Assembly: GCA_963754655.1 (NCBI GenBank)
Contig: CAVWGN010000001.1
Location: forward strand, 480,001-544,000
Reading direction: 5' to 3'
Source: an uncultured Chlamydiae bacterium
GTDB taxonomy: Bacteria; Chlamydiota; Chlamydiia; Chlamydiales; Parachlamydiaceae
Length of the DNA stretch: 64,000 bases
This document shows positions 51,486-59,994 of the stretch, in pieces (position 1 is the stretch's first letter; every line of letters starts with the position of its first letter). The notes under the pieces were generated by a model. It ran no database searches and had not been told where the DNA came from. It saw nothing but the letters and a program-made list of their open reading frames with translations. The position numbers and the translations under genes were made by a program.

Positions 51486-53036
51486 ATGCCAATCATTTCC
51501 TTTCACTCTTTGCTGACTAAGCGTTTGCTGCTTTTACTTGCTGCCAAAGCCTTTATTCTCATAGCTATCATTGTCTATGCTGGAATTGAATTAGGTCCAG
51601 ACGAAGCGCAGTATTGGACATGGAGCCAGGCTTTGGATTGGGGGTATTACAGCAAACCACCTGGTATTGCTTGGCAGATTTGGTTGGGCACCCAATTATT
51701 TGGTCAAACAGAAGGGGGAGTGCGTTCGCTCACGGTTCTATTAGCCTTTTTTCAAGCTTGGGCCATTTATCAAGTGGCTTTAAAAGCAGGATTATTACCA
51801 CGAACAGCCTTTTGGTGCGGCCTATTCATGGCACTTTCCCCTCTAGGCATTTTGGGATCCTTTTTTGCTATTACTGATGTGGGATTTCTTCTCTGTTGGA
51901 CGGGAGCTTGTCTCAGTGTTGTTTCAGCTCTCCATCAAAAGCAAGAACCTCATCCCTTCATCATAGGAGGGTGGGTGATGGCAGGCGCTTTGTTTAAATG
52001 GCCTATCTATTTCTTTTGGATTTTCTTTTGTTTGGGCCGCTATTGGTATTTTCCTCAACAAAAAAGAAGTTCTATTTTGGGAGGAATTTTGCTGTCTTTA
52101 GTGGGGTTACTTCCCAGCGTTTGGTGGAATTGGTCACATGATTGGGCAACGTTTCGTCATGTTTTGGCTACTCTTCAAGGAGGAAGTGGACAACGATCAA
52201 CTGGCAACCTAGTAGAATTTTTGGGCTCTCAGGCAATGCTCTTATCGCCTGTCCTTTTTATTCTGCTGATGTGTGGACTTTGGCAGTGGCTGTGTCAAAA
52301 AAAACATTTAACTCCGGCTTTATATTTTTGTGGATTTGTGACACTCGTCAGTTTAGGTTGTGCAGTTTTCCTCTCTTGTTTCCAAAAAATCCAAGGCAAT
52401 TGGATCATTCTTGCTTATCCTACGGGCTTAGTTATTCTTGGATGGGACTCTTTTCAAAACTCTTCCTTAAGAGCTTGGTGGGCAAAAATGGGAGTTGGAT
52501 TATCTGTAATTTTAACTTCTTTATTTTTCTTTTTTCCCTCTTTTTATACTGTTCCAAATCTTGTTTCTTACACCCCCTCTTATCGATTCAATCCTTTTAA
52601 GCATAATCTGGGTTGGACAATGCTGCAAAACGCTCTTACTAGTCAGGGTTATGATCCCCATAAGCACTTTCTGGTAAGCGATAAATATCAAACAACGAGT
52701 ATTTTAAGTTTTTATGGAGAGGGTCAGCGCCGTGCTTATTTTCTCAATCTTCAAGGTGCGCGTCACAATCAATTCTCTTATTGGCCAAGTTTGCAGGAGG
52801 AACAGCAAGAAAAGACAGGGTATTTTGTCTGGATAGAAAACATGCCTCATCTAGAACGTCATTGGCAAGCAAAATTCAATTTTTATCAAAGCGAGCTTCA
52901 GCACTATTTTGAAGAGGTAGAGTTTTTAGAATTGGCTCCATTGGTCTACGAAGGACCCTCTATTGCTAAGGGGGCATTGATCTTCCGCTGTCATCGGTGC
53001 AAGAATTTCTATCCCGCTCATTCTCAACTTTATTAA
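51486..53036 (+). CDS. GT-C (ArnT/PMT_2-like) integral-membrane glycosyltransferase
   Basis: DEAQYWTWSQALDWGYYSKPP; multiple TM helices. Confidence 0.88.
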   Translation: MPIISFHSLLTKRLLLLLAAKAFILIAIIVYAGIELGPDEAQYWTWSQALDWGYYSKPPGIAWQIWLGTQLFGQTEGGVRSLTVLLAFFQAWAIYQVALKAGLLPRTAFWCGLFMALSPLGILGSFFAITDVGFLLCWTGACLSVVSALHQKQEPHPFIIGGWVMAGALFKWPIYFFWIFFCLGRYWYFPQQKRSSILGGILLSLVGLLPSVWWNWSHDWATFRHVLATLQGGSGQRSTGNLVEFLGSQAMLLSPVLFILLMCGLWQWLCQKKHLTPALYFCGFVTLVSLGCAVFLSCFQKIQGNWIILAYPTGLVILGWDSFQNSSLRAWWAKMGVGLSVILTSLFFFFPSFYTVPNLVSYTPSYRFNPFKHNLGWTMLQNALTSQGYDPHKHFLVSDKYQTTSILSFYGEGQRRAYFLNLQGARHNQFSYWPSLQEEQQEKTGYFVWIENMPHLERHWQAKFNFYQSELQHYFEEVEFLELAPLVYEGPSIAKGALIFRCHRCKNFYPAHSQLY

Positions 53037-53375
53037 ATGCCTGAAGGTAAAGAAAGACTAGTCAAAGAATGTGCTTTTTTTTATAATAAAAGTGTAAAAA
53101 GTTTAGACTTACTGCTAATTGGGATTTTAGGCTAAAAGAGCCAATCAACGATATTTATTTGTTTAGGGACCATGACGCTAAAGGAAGAGTTTCGATTGCT
53201 TGTCAATTTAAGAACTCGAACTTTAGGAAGCGGACCCACTTGCACAAACCGTGTTGATCGTGCATTAGCCAGTCCCTTTTGGCGGTATTTTCATTTCGAT
53301 GCAAGTGTAGTCTACTGACGTTATGTTTAAACATGCTTGACATATATTTTCTTCATAATTTTTGAGTGCCTTATT

Positions 53376-55190
53376 TTAACCTTGAATATCGCTTTGATAT
53401 CTATGAATATTAAACTCTGCAATCAAATAGGGTGAAAAATAGGGAGGGGAAAGATAATTTTTTATTCCCCATTCAGGATGAATGAATAAAATTCCTTGTT
53501 CACCCATTTTCATTAAAGGAAAGCTAACGCGAAATGCTTTTATCGTACGATTCAAGTCCAAGATAGCACCTGCTTGATGGTCCTCAATTATATTTCCATA
53601 AATTGTTTTCAAAGTATATGAAACTCGAATCAATTGATCTTTAGATATATTTGCTCCTGTGCCTGGAATTATTGGTTGATAATAAAGACGATTTTTCTCT
53701 AAACACTTGATCTCAGAATTTGGTTTATTCTCTAGCTTCTGAAAGTGAGAAATTGCTAGAGATTTTTCATGATCATCAATACCTTCAAAAATTTGTTGAT
53801 AAATAAGAGGAAGAATAGTTGATAATTGATTTGATAGAATTAAATCAACTTTAGTCTTTTGCATAACTTCTAAGTGATGAATAACCGAAGATAATGAAAT
53901 CAATCCCTTATTGAATTTGTAATAACTCCATATTTTGAAACCAGTTAAGAAAGCCTGATCATGAAAAGACAGAGGATCTTCGGCTCTATGCAAAAAAGAA
54001 GTAACGTAATGGGCATCAATTTTTTTCTCGGCTTCTTGCATTCCTTTAATTAATTCCGAAAATTTATTTATTTTCTCATCCTCAAATTCATCATTAAAAC
54101 GATTAAAAATAGCTTGAGCAATGACCTGGGGAAAATCCATTTCACGATTTATATAAAAGATGTCTTTTACTAATTCATTTTCACTGAAAATTTTTACAGG
54201 TTCTCCATAAAAGTGAGACAAAATTTGCTCAAGCCATTGCGAGTGATCTAACATGTTGATAATTTTCAATTGAGTTTCTTGATAAGAGTTGATCAATACA
54301 TATGAAGAATTAGAGCGATCGATAGCTTTTCCAAAAATCAATTTTGGAGAATAATTTTCAAGAGCGTCTGAGGCAATATCTATTTTATCACTGATAGCAT
54401 TAAGTTCTTGCGCTAAAGAAGAATAACCTAAACTGGGTTGTATAGGGAAATTTTCAAAAGGTGGCATAAATTTTTTATTGTTCTTGCCTTTAAAGACAAT
54501 GAAATCATCGAAAGATAAAGAAGATTGTTTACAGATTTTTGAAGAATCTAAAATTTCTAGAATTTGCTCAAAACGACCCACATATAAAGAATTTTCCAAT
54601 CCAAAGCCCAGTAAAATTCCTATCAAAATATTATCATTTTTAAAAAAAGAAAAGAAATCTTGTTGGCTATTTTTTATCTCCCTTAACAATTTATCAGCCG
54701 TTAATTCTGGCCCCAAGGCATAACGAAAAAGAAGAGAGTGATTAGAAAATACTTTGTGAAATGCCTTTTTATTAATAAAAATAATATGTGAATGAGGTTT
54801 CTCATGTTCATCAGAAGTTTCCTTTATGAGAAAAATAAATTCGGAAGTTTCGGAAGGAAGAGACAATTTTTTCCAAATTCGTACACCTTCAGCTATAGAT
54901 GTAGAGAGATGATGCGTCATTTTCCCACTGAAATCAATATGGCCTATACTATAAGGTTCAATACAAATAGGTTTTTCCCCATATAAAACGTATCCAACCT
55001 CGGATCCCCAAAGAATTGCATGGAAAAATTCAGTAAGAGATTTCTTATCTCTTTCTGATAAAGTAATTACTAAATCAGCCTTCCCAAAAAGGGGTTTTAA
55101 ACAAAAAATAAAAGATAAAAAAATTATCAAGCAATTATGCAATTGTTTGAAAGCTTTAAAATGAAGGTTTAATTTTTCCAGATAGAACAT
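53376..55190 (-). CDS. Exported hypothetical protein ('GEKP...GILLGFG' family) with a degenerate C-terminal FKBP/Mip-like domain
   Basis: Signal-like N-terminus; LYYQPIIPGTG..VSYTLKT..LDLNRTIKAF..MKMGEQGILFIHPEWG. Confidence 0.7.
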   Translation of the reverse strand: MFYLEKLNLHFKAFKQLHNCLIIFLSFIFCLKPLFGKADLVITLSERDKKSLTEFFHAILWGSEVGYVLYGEKPICIEPYSIGHIDFSGKMTHHLSTSIAEGVRIWKKLSLPSETSEFIFLIKETSDEHEKPHSHIIFINKKAFHKVFSNHSLLFRYALGPELTADKLLREIKNSQQDFFSFFKNDNILIGILLGFGLENSLYVGRFEQILEILDSSKICKQSSLSFDDFIVFKGKNNKKFMPPFENFPIQPSLGYSSLAQELNAISDKIDIASDALENYSPKLIFGKAIDRSNSSYVLINSYQETQLKIINMLDHSQWLEQILSHFYGEPVKIFSENELVKDIFYINREMDFPQVIAQAIFNRFNDEFEDEKINKFSELIKGMQEAEKKIDAHYVTSFLHRAEDPLSFHDQAFLTGFKIWSYYKFNKGLISLSSVIHHLEVMQKTKVDLILSNQLSTILPLIYQQIFEGIDDHEKSLAISHFQKLENKPNSEIKCLEKNRLYYQPIIPGTGANISKDQLIRVSYTLKTIYGNIIEDHQAGAILDLNRTIKAFRVSFPLMKMGEQGILFIHPEWGIKNYLSPPYFSPYLIAEFNIHRYQSDIQG

Positions 55191-55227
55191 AATATTTAAT
55201 ATTTAGATTTTAATTGTTTATTTAGGC

Positions 55228-55437
55228 TTAGCGTCTTAGTGGGCATTTACAGCGATATGGGCATCTATTGCGAGGATTACAGCCCTCACAAGTTGGACAA
55301 TAAACAACATGCCCACACTCTGGATCCTTATATGTAACGATGAGACATAAGCCATCTTGTAACCAAGTTAAGTTTTTAACTGGAACTAATCCAAGATTCT
55401 CCAAATTCACAAAAATTCCTTCATTTGATATGACAAT
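55228..55437 (-). pseudogene. 5'-truncated small Cys-rich protein
   Basis: IVISNEGIFVNLENLGLVPV...CGHVVYCPTCEGCNPRNRCPYRCKC; upstream sequence is a group II intron fragment. Confidence 0.6.
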
Positions 55438-55440
55438 GAA

Positions 55441-55535
55441 CGATTTGGTGTCAATATCTGAGGGAAGAGTCTTATGCACTAATATTGCACGGGTCTGTGC
55501 GGGGAGATGTAAGTAACCTTCATTCCTACCGTGAC
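55441..55535 (+). mobile_element. Degenerate group II intron 3' fragment (end of RT ORF, domains V-VI)
   Basis: cgatttggtgtcaatatctga gggaagagtcttatgcactaatattgcacgggtctgtgcggggagatgtaagtaaccttcattcctaccgtgac matches the GAGCCGTATGC..GCACGTACGGATCTGTGCGGGG..GTAAC..CCTACCGCGAC pattern. Confidence 0.7.
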
Positions 55536-55660
55536 CGGATGATTCAAAAATTTGAGCCTTTGATCAAAACATTCCATGATTGAACTCAGGCATGTGCATA
55601 AAATGAGTTGCATTAGCTTTATGCGTAGGAGCCTGAAGGGCTCTAAATTGAAATAGCCCA

Positions 55661-56061
55661 GGGTTAGGGTGTTCATTTTGTGCAAAAATGAGCTTTATTT
55701 TTCACAATAATTGGCATAGTTGAATTGAAGGTCGCATGTTTATGCCGTCCTTTCAGGACTCGATGTCTTTTTGATAGAACCCAGGCCTCCGCTTCGCTGC
55801 GACCTGGGCTGTAACATGACGGCCCTTCAGGACTTAACAAGAGATGTTTAAGTCCCTCTTCTATAGTCCCTAAATCATCTTTTGTTAGGCCTGAAGGGCC
55901 GTCATGTTACAGCCCAGGTCGCAGCGAAGCGGAGGCCTGGGTTCTATCAAAAAGACATCGAGTCCTGAAAGGACGGCATAAACATGCGACCTTCAATTCA
56001 ACTATGCCAATTATTGTGAAAAATAAGGCTCATTTTTTGCACAAAATGAACACCCTAGCCC
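55661..56061. repeat. Palindrome family A inner module, copy 3, joined to a different REP-like unit on its left
   Basis: gggttagggtgttcattttgtgc / gcacaaaatgaacaccctagccc with the same internal arms and loop. Confidence 0.93.
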
Positions 56062-56067
56062 CAGGAT

Positions 56068-57911
56068 GGGATGAGAAAACGAGGGCTAAAAACCGATTTT
56101 TACACAGCTAAAATCGCTAACGGTTCTGGTTCCAATTTATTTGATTTTATAGTAAGTTCAATGACATCTGAATTTACTTTGCCCAAACTCAAAACTTCTT
56201 TTCGTTTTGCTAAATCCGTTTTGCCAATCCATGTTTCTTCCCATTCCTCCAACATTTCGACTGACACCGTTTCTAAAGCCTCTTGTAAGATATCACAATT
56301 ATTTTCCCCAACCATTCCTGCAAGACTTAGGATACTTTTAGTTATACTAGATGTCGCTTTGGTTCTCTCTACTATTATTTTCTGTCTTCCTATCAAAGAC
56401 TCTATTCCTTCGCTGCTTCCCACTAACACCTGTCCCTTGGATAGCACTCTACCTTCCTGTTTCAAAAAATAAAAAATCTCTTTTGCCAAATGTAGTGCTT
56501 CTGGTTTCAAACTTCTAAAGTGAAGTCTTGCTTTAAGAAAAAAAGTCGCATAGCTTCGTCTATGAAGACCTTCAGTTCTTACTAAATGCCTTGCCAAACG
56601 AATGATTTCTATCATCTGAGCATATTTTTCAATGACTTCTTCGAAATCGACTATCCAACCAGCTTTATCTTTTAATCTATTTATATCTAAATGGGGAATC
56701 GTCTCTTGCATTTGAAGAAGGTTTAAAATATCTTGTAGCCAATCAATTAAAATATCAGCATTCATGAATCGCGCTTTTTCTCTTTGTTTGGGAGGGCTCA
56801 AAAAAGCCTCTGGACTCTGTTTTGTCTTTTGTTTTGTATCTGTAATCAATTGAATTATGTGTTTCCAAGTATCATCTTTTTCCAGTTCCTTTTTTAATAG
56901 AATTGCTAGTTTATGGACCACATCATAGGTGTTTATTGTTTTTTCATGGTTTTGGCAATATAGTCTTACACCTTTATTTACATCACTGCCATGATCTGCC
57001 ACTATCTGCAGAAATGGGCCAATTTTTTCCGATATTTCTTCTAAAACATGCGCAACTTTTTCACCAGTTGATGAATTCATGGGTTGTAGCGCTAGTGGTT
57101 GGAAATCTTCATGATGAATATCAAAGCTGCCCCTTTTTTCAAACTTACTTTGTAATGTACTTAATTGAACTCCAAGAACTATTAAGCACTTTTGGTAACC
57201 AGCTTGAACTTTAAAATCAACAAGGATAATCCAATCTGAAGCCTTTTCCTTAGCCTTTATAAGCTTGTAAAGCCCATATCGTAAAAACCACAATTCGACG
57301 CTTTTCCATGAAGGCTGGAAATTGAAATATTTAAATATTGGAATGTTACAACTCTGCATGGAGATGAAAATTCGCTGAATCGCTCTAAATGCTATTGCAG
57401 CTAATGCAAGTGAAATCACAAAAAATATAAATAATATAGGATATTGATGTCGAGCGACCCTTCGATTGTTGCTAATTTCTTGCTCAATTATTGCACAAGC
57501 TTTTTTTTTAATTCATCAATTTGCTTGTCTTTGATTTTACTTTTCTCTTCCACCTCTTCTAATCTCGACTGAAGGCATTTTATCTGTTTGTTTAATGCCA
57601 AGATATTATCTTGTTCCTTTTGTAGCCTTTCTCCTAATCGTTTCTTATCAGTCATTAGAGCTTGAATCTTAGTTCTTTTTTCTGCGTTTCTTTGCTTCCA
57701 TTCATCACGACTTTCCTGGTAATGCTTCACTTGTTTACGTATATCTGAAGGACGCTCATGCTTTTGAGTGCTTTTTGAATCCATTTTATGCCTCATCTAA
57801 TTTTGAGCAATCAATTATAAAAGCCTCTTTTTAAAAAGCCAAGCGAATTTAAAATAGGAGGAAAAGCGTTCTAATAATTAGTTGTTAAATATTTTTTTGT
57901 TTTCTCATCCC
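56068..57911 (-). mobile_element. 1844-bp unclassified IS, probably Mutator-like DDE; orfA 57488-57796 and orfB 56100-57500 joined by a -1 frameshift
   Basis: 13-bp perfect TIR gggatgagaaaac; perfect 11-bp TSD agccccaggat (56057-56067, 57912-57922); A9G slippery site; ILVDF, VADHGSD, DVVH and EGIES motifs. Confidence 0.88.
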
Positions 57912-57912
57912 A

Positions 57913-58125
57913 GCCCCAGGATCGGTTTATGTGGCTCCTGATGCCATTTATGTCAATATAGATGGGAATTTTGTTCCTGTTAATAGCGTCAAGATCGATG
58001 AAAATGGAGTTTATGTTGAGGGATTACAGACTGGTTGTATGGTTCATTGTGCAAGATGTGGCCAAACCTATGATCGGGAAAAATATACTGCGAGATGTCC
58101 TCACGATAAACCAAAGTATAGATAG
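57913..58125 (+). pseudogene. 5'-truncated small Cys-rich protein, paralogue of 55228-55437
   Basis: Frame extends APGSVYVAPDAIYVNIDGNFVPV...CMVHCARCGQ...CPH back to the IS/palindrome junction; no natural start or RBS. Confidence 0.6.
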
Positions 58126-58251
58126 ATTTCAACTGTAGACTTAAATACGTTGGTGAAGAATTTGATGAGAATCGCTAGCTTCTCATCAATTCATTATTAA
58201 AGTTCATTGTTGTTTTTTTTATACCAATCTTCACATATTTTTTTTCCTGCT

Positions 58252-59163
58252 ATGTCAAATTCAATATTTCGCCTTCTCTTTTTTATATCATTTGTTTTTT
58301 TGATCCAATCCACTCTCTTTGCTAAGGTTGACTATTTGGAAAGAAAACAAAAACTACAGCAACAGTTGAATGCCATCCCTAAAGCAGATATTCAAGATAT
58401 TAAATTTTTATTTCATCATCTCTTTTATTTTCATGAAATTGGCTCTACTTTATTTGGAGATAAACCAGTATCGTTTTGTCAACCTGAATTCATTAACAGC
58501 TATGCAGAACTAGAAGTACATCAAGATATATATAGTTATTCTCAATCTATATTAAAACCAAGTAAGAATTATAAAAAAGAGTGGTTAATTTGGGAGAAAA
58601 ACAAGCACGTATTTGAAATTAAAAAATTTGTTATCGTTAGAGAAAGTCTCGGTGTTCTGTTATTGAACAAAGAAAATGTAAAAGATGTTGTAATTAAAAA
58701 CCGCGATATTTTTCATTCTATCATAAAAAACTTCGACGTAAATGAGTTCATAGAAAACGTTAAAAAAGGAAAGGGAGCGTTTGACTTGCTAGCAAGAAAT
58801 CATGAACTTTTTGGCATCCTACTGGGTTTTGGAGAATATAACTCACATCTTTTTCAAAGGTGCGAAGATCTTAATCCTTACGAGATTCCTGTGAATCTTA
58901 GAATTAAAATTCCTCCTTCTCCAGGATATAATTCAATTCAAAGCGAATTAGAGGATTTATCCCAAAAATTATGCAGTTTCAATGAATATGAGCGATGCTT
59001 TCCTCTTGTCACCTTTAATCGAGTCATATTTGCCACTGATCCTAACCATCCAGAAACAATTTTTCTTAGAAAGAAATATGAGGCTCAAAGGAAGAAAATT
59101 CATCAGATTCTTAATCGGGAAGATTGGTTTGAACAAATTCTTCTGCGATTGACTTCTGAATAA
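58252..59163 (+). CDS. Exported hypothetical protein ('GDKP...GILLGFG' family), paralogue of 53376-55190 without the FKBP domain
   Basis: Signal peptide ...IQSTLFA; GSTLFGDKPVS, LFGILLGFGEYNS, PSPGYNSIQSEL. Confidence 0.7.
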   Translation: MSNSIFRLLFFISFVFLIQSTLFAKVDYLERKQKLQQQLNAIPKADIQDIKFLFHHLFYFHEIGSTLFGDKPVSFCQPEFINSYAELEVHQDIYSYSQSILKPSKNYKKEWLIWEKNKHVFEIKKFVIVRESLGVLLLNKENVKDVVIKNRDIFHSIIKNFDVNEFIENVKKGKGAFDLLARNHELFGILLGFGEYNSHLFQRCEDLNPYEIPVNLRIKIPPSPGYNSIQSELEDLSQKLCSFNEYERCFPLVTFNRVIFATDPNHPETIFLRKKYEAQRKKIHQILNREDWFEQILLRLTSE

Positions 59164-59286
59164 AAGTGATGCAATGAACTTATTTGTATATTTGGGTCAG
59201 TACACACGGTAAGCTCGGCTTATCGTGCTTTATAATTCAAAATCTTAGATGAAATCAATTAAACTTTTGATGCCTACTATGAACAT

Positions 59287-59994
59287 TTACACGCAAGTGA
59301 CGACCTTGCGATGAGGCAGAGAAGCAATTTGCTCAATTTCGTTTATTTCTTTTTCCACTAAATTAAAATGATGGCTTAACTGTTCAACTAATTGATCTTG
59401 AAACAGTTCTGGATGGGGCCAATAGTCTCGCAAACGGCATAAAAACTCGGCATGCGAACGTCCTTGTCGATAAGCAGGCGTTTTAGGTGGCATGGCTAAG
59501 TAATCCATATATTCAAGACAATAATCCCAAAGCAGCGAACTATGATGCAGCCAACGTCCTCTAACAATGGACTGTGCATTGCCTCCCCATTTTCGCTCGT
59601 CTATTGCATAGTCGTTTTCCTGCAGCTGAAAGGAATGCAAAGAAAATAAAGGTCGATAAAGTGTTGCTGTCCATTGCATGAGAGGGCGAGGAAAAGGAGA
59701 AATGGGAAGAGCATCTGCTTGACAAATCAAAGTGACAAATAAGGTATTCTCATCCACAACAACTGTTCCTCCTCCGCTAAAACGGCGGATGAGAGGAATA
59801 GGCGCTTGCTCGAGTTTTGCTTGGTGGATCAAGTGCTGCACTTGTCCTGAGATTCCCATCACAATGGCTGGAGGCGATCCTTGATTGAAAATGCACCAAT
59901 TACGTGTATCAGCGCGTAAGAGAGCTTCTTCCCATTGTAATTGCTGGAGAATGGGAATAGAGGCCAATTTAATCAGATTTAATACTGGTTTCAT
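59287..59994 (-). CDS. lplA: Lipoate-protein ligase family protein
   Basis: QLQWEEALLR, IRRFSGGGTV, RKWGGNAQ, WLHHSSLL. Confidence 0.88.
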   Translation of the reverse strand: MKPVLNLIKLASIPILQQLQWEEALLRADTRNWCIFNQGSPPAIVMGISGQVQHLIHQAKLEQAPIPLIRRFSGGGTVVVDENTLFVTLICQADALPISPFPRPLMQWTATLYRPLFSLHSFQLQENDYAIDERKWGGNAQSIVRGRWLHHSSLLWDYCLEYMDYLAMPPKTPAYRQGRSHAEFLCRLRDYWPHPELFQDQLVEQLSHHFNLVEKEINEIEQIASLPHRKVVTCV

